Of a stretch of DNA of 34,233 bases, positions 1-14,800 are shown in pieces. A program made the translations under genes and the position numbers. The DNA is taken from NCBI GenBank assembly GCA_003568945.1, contig BDIP01000068.1, positions 1 to 34,233 of the forward strand, read 5' to 3'. Under the pieces are notes generated by a model. That model was given only the letters and a program-made list of their open reading frames with translations. It was not told the DNA's origin and ran no database searches. Numbering within the stretch: position 1 is the first letter of the stretch; the number at the start of each line of letters is the position of its first letter. Origin of the DNA: Kipferlia bialata. Taxonomy: Eukaryota.

Positions 1-102
1 CATCGACAACAGACAAGAGCCTCTGCCACCCCCCCCCTCCACACACACACACACATATATATAGTATATATAGTATATATACAGAGTGTCTCTAACTCCC
101 AG

Positions 103-3100
103 CACTGGTGTTGTGTCTGTCCTTGGCAGACTGTGCAACATGCCATGGCTGCAGGTACAAGTGTATATATCCACATGTATATATATAGATTTGTATATGT
201 CAAGATAATTGATCTGTCTCTTTGGGAGGATAGAGACATCAGCTGCTGCACATTTCTTATGATACTATATGTCCCATATATGTATGTGTATATATAAGTA
301 CACACTGATGTGTTCACTCATCGTAGGGCACAGGAGATGCCGATAGGAGTGGCACATCCTCCCCCTCTTCCACTAGTGGCAGCACTAGCCCACCTGAGTC
401 TGTGTCTAGCACTAGCACCAGCGAGACGCAGTCTGTCTCTGCTGTGGTTGAGTACCCACCTGTACCAATAGGGAGGGGGGATATTCTGAGACTGCTCGAT
501 GAGGGCAGGTAAGAGACATATATGCGTATGCTGTGTAGTTGTTCTCACCATGTAACCATATTATTCTGGGGAGTATATATATATTCTGAAACCTTGTGTA
601 ATCTGTATTATTACTAGTGTCCCGTTTTCTGAATATGGATGCACTCTAGGCCCCGTACCGCTGCCTCTGCTTATGTATATGTATGTTATATATTGTAAGA
701 TATTGGAAGTGTATAATGTATCTAATAATAATAGGCCCCATGCCGCAGCTCTTGCCTTCAGGGCATATGATAATATACACTGTGTTTTAGCCATGCTATT
801 GCGTTCATTGTATTATGTCAATGAGTACACTCACTATAGGCCCCATGCGGCTGCCCTTGCCTATAGGGTGAGACAGTATCAGGACAAGGATAGAAGAGAG
901 AGGGAGGAGGGGGAGGGAGGGGGAGACAACACTACGGAGAGTATCAAGGGAGCGAATGGAGAGAGAGAGAGTGAAGTAGTTGACCCGTCTGACCTCGCAC
1001 TCCTTGGCAGGATACTGTCAGCTGTGGACACACCCTCCTCTGCAGTTGATGCAGCACTGGGGTATCCCACACTGTCACAACAGGCCCAGGCACTGGGTGT
1101 GAGGTATACATTATAGTGTATTCTTATGTGTACATTCATTAGTGTAGTAACAGGCACAGGCACTCGGTGTCAGATAGAGATATTGATGTACTATGTACTC
1201 ATGGATATTTTCCTATATATGTATTCAGACAGTACTAGGTGGCATTTATTCCAAGGTATATATACATATTCCAACCCCAGGCTGCTGACCCCTGGCCTTG
1301 ACTCCCTCCCTGTTAATATGTTTATGTATATTACTACTAGAAAATACATAGATATGTGCATATTCTACCTGTTCTAACCCCAGGCTGCTGACCCTTGGCC
1401 TTGACTCCCTCCCCTCTGGCTGTGACCTGGTACCATCACTCACACAGTGGTTAGATAATGCCTTAGGTATAGAGCGTATGTATATATGTATACATTGAGT
1501 GTTTTTCAAATACTGTATTATGCCCGCACACTATCAGCACCCTTCAAAGGTCCCCTCTCTCGAAGTATAGACGTTATTCTTACACACCCTAGCCAAGCCT
1601 CACCCCACCCCAATACTTCTCCTACATACAATGATACTGATTCCCATATGTTTTGGTACACAAGCATTTAGGTATGCATCAGATAGACTGTATGCCTCAC
1701 CCTAGCCAAGCCACCCTCCCCCGATGCCAGTCCAGTCAAGAGTGAGGAGAAGGAGAGGGAGAGGGAGAGGGAGAGAGAGAGAGTGGGGAGGGCAATGTGT
1801 GTGATGGGTATCAATGGCATACCCGACACCTACTTGCTACCGGTACTTAGGTCTATCCTGAAACTACGCGATTCTAAGGACGATGACAGCAAGAAGCTAC
1901 GCGATGTCAAGGCTGCCCTGCCCCCATCCACTGTGGCGACAGCTGCATACCTCACACTGCTCAAGAAGAGGTATGACAATGTGTATATTGTGTGACATTC
2001 ATACACCACCTTTGCATTTCGTTAGATACACACTATCACTCCACTTTTTACAAGTAGAATTGGACTTCTATTGATACACTCTCTATATATACTAACCCCA
2101 GTTCCCCCTCCACCAGTGCTGCACTGAAGGCACTGGGCGTGGCAGCAGCAAGGTGAGGATATGTATACAATAGAGTATGCATATACACTATACTACATGT
2201 ACAGTATATGTTTATTATTATTGCACTGGGCGTGGCAGCAGCAAGGTAATAGAGTATATAGTAAAATCAGTGTCAATAATGAATAGTATACACGTATTAG
2301 TCTATTGGTGCCATGCATGCACTGAAGGCACTGGGCGTGGCAGCAGGAAGGTGAAGGATGCGTCGCAACTTGCCACTGGCAAGTGGATAGTATTCATCAA
2401 TATTATACTATCTAGATACATGTATTCATACTGACACTAACCCATCAGGGCAGGACAGCGTACTCGCACCCCTACACCCTCAACAGAGGAGGACACGTCC
2501 AAGGAACCAGAAGCATCCACCCCCTCTCCCTCTCCCTCCACACCCCCTGTGCCCAAGAGTCTGTGGCTGAGGGCAGTGCAGCTTGTATATACAAGGTGTG
2601 TGTAACAGTATTCATATATATATATACATATACATATATATATATGAGTGATTGTATATATGCGTTATGCCTAACAGTCTGTGGCTGAGGGCAGTGCAGC
2701 TAGTGTATACTAGGTATAGTATACCCTTACCCATATGGTTGTTCAAGGCCAGGATCGACGCAGTAACACCTTGCACTATCATACATAGAATGCATTTGTG
2801 TTATAGTATATGTTACTCTATGTGGATCACCATCCTTAACATCAGGTGGTCCTTCAAGGCCAGGATCGAGGCAGTACTTACCTATCATTATCATTAGTGT
2901 CTTGGCTAACTATGTATATATATAGTAGTAATCGTAGTATACAGTATATACTTACTTCTAGGTGGTCCTTCAAGGCCAGGATCGAGGCAGTGTGTCTGGA
3001 GTCACTGGACCTGACCTCATTCAAACCAGGTATATATACACTATTATAGTATATACTATATACTGTTTATTCTTTACACTTCCCAGCCAGGGATGTTACG

Positions 3101-5547
3101 ATCCTTCACTCATGGCTGCCACAGTACCATATCTATCATATATAGCACTCATCTTCAGACCACTCCGATGCCTTCCAGTCCACCCTGGACTCTCTCTCTC
3201 TCTCCCTGCCCTTTGAGATACCAAGTACACCCAGTGTACCTAGTATGCCCAACAAGGGTACACCTAGTCAGGGGCATAAGAGGGTATCGATGGGGCCTAG
3301 TCTGCAGCAGACACTGACATCTACACTGGCGGATGCAAAGGAGGTATGGATAGGTGGTACAGTACTATGTAGTATAATGTATAGTAAACATAGTGGTAGG
3401 GTGTGGTATAATAATATAATAATATAATAATATAATAATCCTAGTGTGATAAATTAGAGTCAGGCAAGCACTATCGAGCAACTCTGGCAGATGCCAAGGA
3501 GGTATAGGTGAAGGAGAATAATGTTCACATGTGTATATAGATAGATAGTGTGGCCCAAGGCCGGTGGACCTACTCTATTCTCTGTCTCTTAGATATTTGT
3601 GTTTATATATTGGTCTTCTCACTCTCTAGGCCGGTGGCACTGCCAAGGAGTTCATGGGTGCCCTGCTGATAGCACTCGAGAGGGCAAAGGGGAGGTATAG
3701 GAACTGAATGTATTTGTATATATATATACATATATATACTATTACATAGATTAGTATACATAGACATTTGTATGTATATGGAGAGGGCAAAGGGGAGGTA
3801 ATGTACCTGTGTATACTTAAGTGTATATAGTCATAACGCACCGTCCATATATATATGGATCTATATTACTTTATATTAGTGATTGTTGTACTCACTTTAC
3901 CTGGTCCTCCTTCGAGCGTGCCCTGCGTGTATAGCAGAGTAGTCTATATACAACATCTTACATGTGTATACCAATTGTGTATACCAATTCCAGTTGGGTA
4001 TCCTTCGAGCAGGCCCTGCTAGTGTTGCACACTGTACACATATATGATATATATACATATGTACACTTTCTCATATACTCACTTCAGTTGGGTATCCTTT
4101 GAGCAGGCCCTGCTAGTGCTACACACTGTACACCAACACGTGTCACAGATGGCAGAGACAGGGACACATAGGACTAGGAAGGGAAAGGCCCCTTCCCTCC
4201 CTAGTGTAAAGGTTAGTTCTTGCATATTAATTAGGTTTTGATTATGGGTGTGTATATGTATATATGTGTGTCACAGATGGCAGAGAGAGAGACACATAGG
4301 ACTAGGAAGGGCAAGGGGGGGAACACCTGCCCTTCCCAGTGTGAAGGTATCAGTGTTATACGATACCACATTAATCCTTCTTATCCTCACTGTCAATTTG
4401 AATGAATCCAATCAACTCTATTCTGGTACTGATAACTAACCCTCTAGCTAGACCCCTATGTGTCTGATGCCTGTAAGGACTGGGGCAGACAACAGGTGAC
4501 ACAGTGGCTGCACACATACAAGGCAGCAAAGGAAGCAGCTAGGAATAGGGGTCCAGCCGCCACTGATGGTACCTCTACACCCTCAATTGTTGCCGGCGTC
4601 CCTGTCCCTCTATCCTCCTCCGTCTGGCTGGATGCCCTTGTATCAGCCGTGGCAGACTCTGTTGACTGTCTGTTCTTCTCTCTCCCCTCTGCCTTGTGTG
4701 CACAGAGACCTAGGGTGCTGGCGCTCTCCCTCTCCTTGGCTGGGTCCTGTCTGCCATCGCCATCGCTGCAGGTAGTGTATGTATATGGAGGATATACACT
4801 GTATACCATTATATATAATATATGAATTCATATATCCTGCCTGCCATCACCATCCTTGCAGGTAGTGTATGCATAGTCACTTTACACAATACAATGTAGT
4901 GTATATGCGTTGTGCCTATAGTATATGTCGCTGGTTGTGTCAGCATCCTCACTCTTTGTGTTCTAGAGACAGTGCACTTCAGGCATGGCTAGACGATACA
5001 TATCCAATACTTTCTTTTAGTATATATATGGCTAACCTTAAGGGTTCTAGAGACAGTGTCCTACAGGCCTGGCTGGACCAGTCCACCATCAACACATTTT
5101 TTATGTATATATTTATTAGTCATTTATTATTCTACCTAGCCTCACCCTAAGGGAGCAAGAGATCAAGTCCTTCAGGCCTGGCTAGACCAGTCCACCCTCA
5201 ACACCCTGATAGAGACTGTCACAGAGGGGCAGACAAAGGGTAGACAGATGGTGAAGCCATCGTGCTTGGATCAGGTACAATGTATACATGTGTATATTCA
5301 TGTATATATGTATATATATATGTGTGTGTGTGTTATATTTACACTGTGACAGTGTATATATGTATACCCAACCCCAGGTTGAGTACTCGGCTCTCTCCCA
5401 GCATGTCTACAGATTGTACCTAAAATACATATATACCTATATATGTGGGCTTATCTTCAGGTTGAGTACTCTGCCGTCTCCCAGCATGTATCTAAGGTGG
5501 CATCTGCGGAGAGTCACAGGCACGGCACAAACCTAGGACTGTCGTAG
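103..5547 (+). CDS. Hypothetical multi-exon protein, 5'-partial; low-complexity and helical, function unknown
   Basis: GT-AG exons join in frame: TGVVSVLGRLCNMPWLQ|GTGDADRSG..LLDEGR|PHAAALAYRV..QALGVR|LLTLGLDSLP..|..VPKSLWLRAVQLVYTR|WSFKARIEAVC..|..ADAKE|AGGTAKEF..|SWVSFEQALL..|LDPYVSDAC..SLQ|GARDQVLQAWLDQ..|VEYSAVSQ..LGLS*. Stop TAG is at 5545-5547. One in-frame TAG at 3143-3145 is unresolved. No domain recognised. Confidence 0.65.
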
Positions 5548-5834
5548 ATACATGATGTGTCTTACATCAATGTTATAGGTTTAATCATATGGCTACTATA
5601 TTTTACAGCTTCTTCCCCAGTCAAATAGACAGGTTTCATTTGCATTAGCATCTGAACCCATAAAGAAATAGAGTATCATTTACAGATGGGAATGTCTAGC
5701 AACTCCAGCCTACACGCTTCTGCTGGTTTAGTCAAAAAACCTGCAAAAGGGGCTAGGCTGAGATAACATGACAAGACATCCTTTCAGTGGTAAAACACGA
5801 AGAACACCCCCTTACCGATCAGTATTCCAGCCGT

Positions 5835-8800
5835 ATGCCACCATTACTAACCATACTGGCGTTATTGTGCGTCTTAAGCCTCTCCTTGGCCCTGGATACC
5901 GGTGGTTCCCAGCATGTCACGGGAGCCTTGGCTTCTGATGCCTCTTACAGTGGCTACTCCAGCCCTGATCACCCTCTCGCCAATGACAATGGGCTTTTGA
6001 CTGACTCTGTCATGTCTTTCATGGGTCTGAAGGACTCCTCCCCCGCTATTGATGGTGTGCAGACCCTCCAGCCCAGTTCGACTGCCAATGCTCGTGTTGG
6101 CCACTCAGTCTCTGTGGATGGCAACTGGATGGCCATAGGAGCACCGTATGAGGATGGAGACAACGGAAATGTGGGTATATGTGTATCTCTGTCGGTAGAA
6201 GCGTACATACTGATTCCGTGTAGGGGTGGATAGAGGTATTTATTGCGTGTAGGCCATCCCTCATTGCGTGTAGGGTCTTCCTGAGTCTTGCCCTCTCGTG
6301 TCTATTGTCCATCTCCCTCTCACCCCAGGTCTACATCTACTTCAGATCTTTCATCGGTGCCTCCCGTGCCGATGACGTCTGGACCCTACACACCACACTA
6401 TCGGCTGTTGTGATACCCTGTCCCAGCTGTAGTACAGATGCCCCACCGATGTTTGGGTACTCTCTCTCTCTCTCTGGCACCTGGCTTGCTGTGGGAGCTC
6501 CAAAAGGTAACTGCTATAATGGTGTGGACCGTGCGCACGGCGTTCTTCACATGTACCACCTGATTGGTGATCAGTGGGAGTATGATTGCCTGCTAACCGA
6601 GGGGTGTCCTAACAGCAATGACCTGAGACAAGGACACTCTGTATCACTCTTGGCCGACACCCTGCTCTTTGCTGGTTGGCAGAACGTATGGACATCCCAC
6701 TACTCGAATGGGGTTTGGGGTGGCCCGTCGAGAGTTATACAGGGCGGTGGCAGTGATAAGTACAGATACTACTGTGATGTGTCTGTCAGTGATGAATGGG
6801 CTGTGGTGGCATGTGCAGAGTACAATAGGGTCTACACGTTTGATGTCACCAGACTTGAGTGGGTAGTCGGTGACACAGAGGTAGGAGTGGTCTTGGGAAT
6901 CTGTAACCTCTCTGTTGTAAGAGTCTTTAAGTGAGACTCTCCTTCTTGTATATATATAATTATAGTATATACAAATAGTGAGACTGGACACTCATCACCC
7001 TATGGCTATTCATTCAATCCAGAGCAGCATTCCAATGAGGTGGCCATCTTTAGGTGGTGGCCATTATGTCAATGTTGCGCTTGACAGATCCAATGGCGCT
7101 CCTCACATTGTAGTTTCTCAGTCCCACGAGTCCCCTCACAGCGTCAAGGTCCTCTCCTACGAGGAAGAGAACTGGGTCATCAGTCAGGTGTCATTGTATT
7201 ATAATGACATTATCACTGAGTCTATTTTAGTAACACCCATAGACCTACCTCTGACCCCAGGTTCTGGACATTGACAACGTCGAGACTGTCTCTATCCTTG
7301 AGGATGTCATTGCAGTGGGGACGGACCAGAGGGTCACACTGCTCACTCAGGTACACATACTTACTTACAGTCTCGGATTTGTATATATAACATATTCCTC
7401 TTTAGTGATTGTCTCACCTCCAGAACGATGCAGGCGAGTGGGCCACTGACTACTCAGTCACGCCAGAACTCAACTCCTCCATAGGTACTATTGAATAGTG
7501 TTATTTATGTACTTCATAGCCTATCGGAATATATACCGAGGGTGATACTGGCACTGAGCAATTCCTCTGACACTACAGGTGGTATGTCACTCACCCCCGA
7601 TGGTCTCTACGTCGGATCCACCTACTTGAACCTCGACCAACAGGCACATGTCGGAGGGGTGCAGGTACTGCACCTACCATACTTAACAGTATCATGTATT
7701 ATAGATGATGTATATTGACTCAATGTCGGAGGGGTGCAGGTACACTCACTGTATCTGTGACTATGTATGAGATACTGATACTGATACTGATACTGATACT
7801 GATACATGTCGTTGGGGTGCAGGTGCTCTCAACACTCACTGTCACAACTGTTTGACTACTCAAACACCTTAACCTTATGTTACTTAACTTTATGTTACTT
7901 AACCTTATGTCAGAGGGATGCAGGTACTACACCTACCAGCCATTGGTATATTCAACTCAACCTGATCATTCTGCACCCTTATTGCCCAGGTTATGCCTCC
8001 CCCCAACACCCCTGCTCTTTGCATGAGAGGCACAGGAGTAGATGTATCCTTGAGCACTGTTGGTAGTGGCCTGCTACACGCATCCGTGGGAGAGGAGGTA
8101 TGCAGGTCACTCTCCCCCTCTCTCTCTCTCTCTCTCTCTCCCCTCATCCCCTCTCTCACCCAGGTCTCCTCCACCGTCACTCTCCTCACCACCTCCGGCA
8201 CACCCCTTCTGACAGAGATGTCTGTCCTGGCAGTGTATGAGGGTGTAAAGACGGTGTGTGTGTGGGGAGGGGCCAGCACATACACCTGTGCAATGACATT
8301 CACAGACACAGACACAGCAGAGTATGAGGTACACTCAATTGGACTGCCCCCCGTCCTACGTGTTCCATTCCTTTTATAGCAACACCCCCCCCCGCGCGGC
8401 CCTTCTCCCGTATTGCCTATCTCTGTCCTTCTTCGTCCCCCCCCCTCCCCCCCGCCTTTCCTCAACCCTTGTTTCACATTCAGGTTCTAGTAGGCTGTGT
8501 CAGTAACAAGGAGATATCCTTCCAGACTGGCGATGTCTATGTTGTTCCCGGTGCGTTTGATGCCATGGAGACACAGGTATATGCACAAACGCATGTTGTG
8601 TACATACTACTACTGTGTGATCTGCCTCCCCTCCCCCCCCCCCTTCACATACATCTTGTCCGTTACAGTGTCCACCTTGACCCCAGACCCACTACGACAC
8701 GTCCCTCTCTGGCCTTGCCCAGACCGTTCCTGAGGTTGTGACAACAGACACACCTGTCACACTCAAGATGGAGGTATTTGTGTATTGTATGCATACGTTA

Positions 8801-11800
8801 CGTTGGGAACACTAATACTATGTATTTTGCAGTGACACATATGTGGAGTTGATCAGTACATATGTACTATGTATTTTGCAGTGGCTCATATGTGGAGTTG
8901 ATCAGTATTCTAAGAAATCTCATATCCTCTATATCTCTCTCCCGGTGGGGACCCCATTCACCCTCTCACCACTTAGATCTACGACATCAAGGGCAACCGC
9001 ATCCTAACCAGGCCTGACACTGATTCCCTTCAGTTCCTGACAGCTGTCTACAGCCCTGTCTCCCCCACCATCCCAGTCTGGTCTGGCACTGCAGCATGGT
9101 CTCACCCAGACAAGGCATACGTGGTGGGAGGAGGTATGTCACTTGTGTGTATGCAGTACTAAAGGGTATTTGTAGTCTACGCAGACAGCATATACGTGGC
9201 GGGAGGGGAAGAGTAACTATATAGCTGTTTGTATGAAACCAGGAGTCGCACAGCCCCCCCCCCCCACAGTCAATTCTCTTCTTGCCAACCTAGACCCTCT
9301 CTTAACCCCAGGTTTCTCCCCCATCAGTCTGCGCTCCATTGGCACCCACTCTGTGACATTCACAGATGCTGGTGATGCGACATCCACTGTCTCCATGGTG
9401 TTCCCAGTTGCCCAGGGCGTGCCCTCCACAGTCACATCCACCATCACCCCCCTCTCTGCCTCTGCCGGTGACACTGTCTCTGTCACTGTAGTGGCCAAGG
9501 ATAGGGCGGGGATAGAGATTGGCACTGGGGTGAGCGCCAAGATCTCCCTCTCCAGCCCTGACCCCGCCACTCCCTCTGTCCCATACACAGACGGAGTGGG
9601 GTTCCAGACATCGCTCTCTCTCCCAACTGCCGCAGGTTAGTATTGCTGGCCGTGTATCGTAGAGAATGTACCTCTGTATCAATACTTACTATTGTTTATG
9701 CATCAGGACCCCAGACAGTGTGTGTCGTGTTTGCAGGGGACGGAGTGGTAGGAGAGCCAGTCCTCTACATGGACTTCTATGTGTTTGCAGGTACCCACAC
9801 TGTATATATGTATATATCATATATCCATACATTTGAACTATTGCCTCACAGCTTGTTTCCTGTATGCATATTATTATCCCAGGGACTCCTCAGGAAGTGA
9901 CGTTTGATGGGTCTCTAGCTGTGAGGGCCTTAGACAGCAGTGAGACCCTGCTCCTCTCCTTCACCCTCACAGACGTGTACGGCAACGAGTACTACACAGG
10001 CACCAACACATACCTCTACGTCGACTCTGAGGGCGACGCCAGCAAGGCGTTGTGTGCATATGCCGATGGGTCCTACCAGATGTCCAGATCCCTTGGTGCC
10101 CTGTCTGCAGGGTCCCATGCAGTGACTGTGGGGTGGGGGGAGACGGGGAGTGTGACTGGGACCCTTGAGGTTGGGAATCCCCTGTCGGCATCGGCTAGCA
10201 CTCTCTCTCTCAGACCCGCAGCACCTCAGGTCTTGCAACAGGTGAGAGTAGTTATATACTTATTTCTATACCTATAGTGTCACCAACAGGTACACATGCA
10301 ATATATTGTTGTGATATTGGTATAGTGTATTGAAAAACCGTATTGATACATAATACTATATTCATTATCTGGGTATCTGACTCATACTTACCCCTCATAT
10401 GCCCCAGCCTCACCGTAGGTCTCTGCGCTTGTCTCTCTCTTCGACATCGAGTCCACTGTGTACCCTACTGCTGTGTCTGTCTCTGTGGAGTATGAGACAT
10501 CGACGGCGTCCTGTCTCTACAGCATTGGGGACCATGCGTATGTGTGCAGCATGACATTCAGAGACTTTGACTCCTCCTCCTACACGGTGCGTTCTATTGT
10601 AATGTCGTTGTTCTGGCCTGGGGTATTCTGCAATATAATGTCTCTATAGTCTCTATATGTGTTTATTTCAGGTTCGAGTGGCGCCGTGCATTGGTGCTGA
10701 CCCCCTTGACTTTCTGACTGGCTCAGTGTCCATGGCATCATCAGGATACGATGCCTACCAGACACAGGTGCCAGGATGGAGTATATAGTCATTCATTCTA
10801 TAATATCTAATCACTCACTTTCAGCTGTACTATTTGCAGCACTCTCTCGACACTGTGTCCTCACCGGTTGTGGCAGGGATCCCATTCAGGATACTGGTCA
10901 AGGTATGTAACAGTATGCAGCCCCCCTCTCTTGTCACATTCCTATACCACCTCAGACTGCCAAGCATGGTGTCTGTTCCTTGATATATATCTATATATAC
11001 ATATATCTCTCTGACTGCCAGGTGTTTGATGAGCATGGCCGTCAGATCGAGTCAGACCTTGGTCAGACTACCTTCACAGCTTCTGTCTCATCTCGCATAG
11101 CGACTGAGGATGCAGTGTGGTCTGGACCTGTGTATTGGTCAGACAGTGACACGGCATACAAGTCTGGTGAGAGCCTTACCCATTAGTGCATCAGGTCTAT
11201 AGTATGCGAGTATCCCCTAACCCCAGCGCTGATATCGATCCATGACATCACAACTCTTGGCTCTACCTATGATGTTGCATTCATAGACTCCTCTGGCACT
11301 GTTGACTCAGTGGCCATGGACTTTTCTATCCTGCCAGGCGCCCCCTTCCCTGCTACGTCATCTGCCACCAACCTAGATGGGCCTGTTGGTGCTACGCAGA
11401 CGGTCACTGTGGTGGTGAGGGATCTGCAGGGCAACGAGATATCAGACGTCTCCGCCAGGATGGCCTATGGGACCCCGGACCCTCTCTCCCCCACGGCCTC
11501 ATACACCAGTGGGGTGGGGTACCAGCAGGTGGTGACGCTACCCACAGAGGTAGGCACCCACACCCTGTTTGTGTCACTCTCCGGTGGGTATCTCGACACC
11601 CCAACTGCCATATCCTTTGAGAGTACCACCACCATGGGCCCTGCTACCACCATGCTTGTGTCCAGTCAGTTTGGTATCCTTGGCCTCCCCTCCACCGTAT
11701 ACTTCAGCCTTACTGACTCCTATGGGAACCCAGACACCACCCAGCACTCCGCCTTCTTCTATCTCGATGCCCTGGGATACAGCTCCAGCGTCGAGTGTGA

Positions 11801-14800
11801 TGTGACAGGTTCCGGTAGTGACATGCAGTACTGTGGGGAGGTGTCGTTCGGGTCCTTAGAGATGGTTGGGACACACCCTGTCAGCGCTGTCTTGGACTCA
11901 GGCGCTCTGAGTACTGGCACCCTTACAGTGAGCCAAGTGGTGTCTGCGGTAGAGAGTAGTGTCCAGCCAGCATCACTGAGTGTGGTGGCAGGAGAGAGGG
12001 TATGTGTCGTAGACTATTTCTTCAACCACCTGTGTCCAGGCACCCTCTTTCTACGTCTCTGACCGCCAGGCTACCGTAAATGTGGTTGTTTCAGATCCAA
12101 ACTCGGCAATGTTCCACACCGAAGTACGCACCACTGTCATCTGTGAGGGCATTGAGTCGAGCTGCGCCTACGTCACCGACCCTAACGAGGGTGCCTTCTA
12201 CTCGTGCCTACTGTCCTTTGCGGACATTGCTACAACTGAGTATCAGGTAGCACCATTTGACCTGACGTTGCATCTATATATACCATTCAAATATTGTCTC
12301 CCATTGTCTACTGACCCAGGTCTATGTGGCTCCTCTCGGCACCACAGGTGGTGGGTCTCTACTCCTGACATCCAGTGTGAGTGTGACACCCGCTGATACT
12401 AGTGCAGATGGGACACAGGTAGAGGACATTTGGATATACTCACTCTTTCTAGGACAAGTCAGGAATTGATACAGATGTACCTATTCTCTCATACTAGGAG
12501 ATGTATACCTCAGTCCTTGGCTCCGTTATCCTCACTGAGCCTGCCGTTCCAGCCACAGGACAGCCCTTTGTGGCCATGCTCCAGGCAAGTTACTGCATCA
12601 TAGTGCTGATCATCCGTATACACTAGTGTTACTGACACCAGGCCTTTGACCAGTTCGGTAACAGAGTTGTCACTGCTCCCGCTGACATAGAAGTGTCAGT
12701 CTCTGTTTACCTTAACACTGGCGACGAACACCCTCTTACCACTACACATGCTAGCTGGGACAATACCACACAGACGTTCAAAACTGGTGCGTGTCAACCT
12801 TCTACGTATGTTTGTGTCTGATGGTCGGGCCTAACATCAGATACCCTAGTCGTCCACTCGTTTGGTCAGCTTCTGTGTGTGTTCACCCTCAAGCACGATG
12901 GCGACACAGAGTCCAGTGGAGATGTGACCCTGGGGCTGCTTGTGGCCTCGGGTGCCTACAGCTCCGGCGTGACACAGACCTACTATAGGCAGAACAGTAT
13001 CGAGACACGTCCAGCGACGGCAACCACAGACGAGCCATTCTCTCTAGTATTCAAGGTACTTTTGATATATGAAGGAGCTCAAGCACCCTTGTATATTCCT
13101 GGTGTTGTCTGACCTCAGGCATTCAACCAGTTTGGAGACCTGATCGCATCCAACCCGACTGACATGTCCCTTGTTGGCAGTGTTGCATCCCCCACCGACG
13201 AACACTGGACAGGCCCACTAACCTGGCTGGAGACTGATTCTGTGTTTGCCACAGGTGACTGCTACTAGCGGATATAGACTTTTCATTCTTTCAGTTGGTG
13301 CTGTAGTGTATATCATGTACTATCGTATATACTCACCATCAGGCACACTCTCTGTCACGGACATTGGCAGTCAACACACGCTGACAGTATCTGTTACGGC
13401 AGATGACGGTTCGACTGTGCTGGCAGACCTCTCTGTGCTCCCTGGTGTACCCTCCGTAGCTACGTCTTCTGTTAGCCTTGTGGATGGTGTTGCTGGGTCT
13501 ACCCAGGCTGTGACCCTGGTAGCCAGAGACGCAGCCGCCAACACCCTCACCTCAGTCACTGCTAGGATAGCATTTGACACCCCAGACCCCAATGCCATAG
13601 CTGCCTCATACACTGCCGGAATAGGTTATAGCACAGAACTGACGCTGCCGACTGTTGCTGGGACTCATACTCTGGTGGCCTCTCTCTCTGGCGGACACCT
13701 TTCAGACACTACTGTTGAGCTGGAATTCCCTGTGACAGTGAGTGCCAGTTCCCCGTCGACACTCACACTACTCAACGAGTTCTTGGTGGACGGTCAGGAC
13801 AACACAGTGACCTTCACTGTCGCCGATGCCTATGGGAACCCTGTGACCGAGGGCTTCAGTGGAGTGTTCTTCTTAGAAGATGCGGGGTTGGACTCCAGTG
13901 AACCTTGTACCAGAGAGACTGGTGGCGATGGACTGTATGTATACTCTGCCCCTGTATCCTTCGGTACCACCACACTGCTTGGAGTACACAATGTTGTTGC
14001 TATCCTCGACGGTGGTATCCGCTGTGACGGCCAGCTGTCAGTCACCCGTCTGGTCTCCTCTAGCCACTCCTATGTAGAGCCATCTACCCTTGAGCTGACT
14101 GCTGGAGCTATGGTGAGAGTGTTTGCTATATAATACCTATGGTACCTCTTGTCTATCTATATATCTACTACATAGTAACTGCTTACATACAGGGAGGTGT
14201 ACGAGTGTATCCAATGGAAAGTGCTGGAACACCATACCCCAACCAGATACTAGTCACCATTCACATAGAGGGTAACGGGTTTGGGTGCAGTTATCAGAGT
14301 GACGGTCCCGAGTCATTCTACTCCTGTACTATGTCAGCAAGTGACGCTGCAAGCACAGCCTACGAGGTACTGTATGCGTTATGTACGGGTCCATTCTGTG
14401 GTTGTACTTATTATATAACTGAGTATTTCAGTAAGATTACGAAACTTTCTGTTTGTAGAGGTCTCATGTCCAGGTAAGAGTTGCCTCCGTGACGGGTGGT
14501 GATGCTGGCCTATTGACCTATGGGGCATTGGATGTTTCCATGGGTGAGATTGCTGCCCAGGGGACACAGGTGTGTTGTATAGGAGGGAAGAGTACAGGCT
14601 AAGATACCCTATTGTCACTCATTCCAGGAAGCGTACGCTGCTGTGTTCGATACTGTTAGCACTCAACCTGAGACCGTTTCTGAAGGAGAAGACTTTGTCG
14701 CATACCTCAAGGTAATGCCATCGTGACAGTGTATCATACATGGTTGTGACATATCATAGCTCTCAAACATCTAATACTGCAGGTGTACGACATGTATGGG

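Noticed and set aside
3143..3145. Hexamitid-type TAA/TAG=Gln genetic code
   Set aside because: MYG1 and HMGR end in TAG, and UBA1 ends in TAA, at the expected C-termini. No other internal TAR codons were seen in conserved exons.
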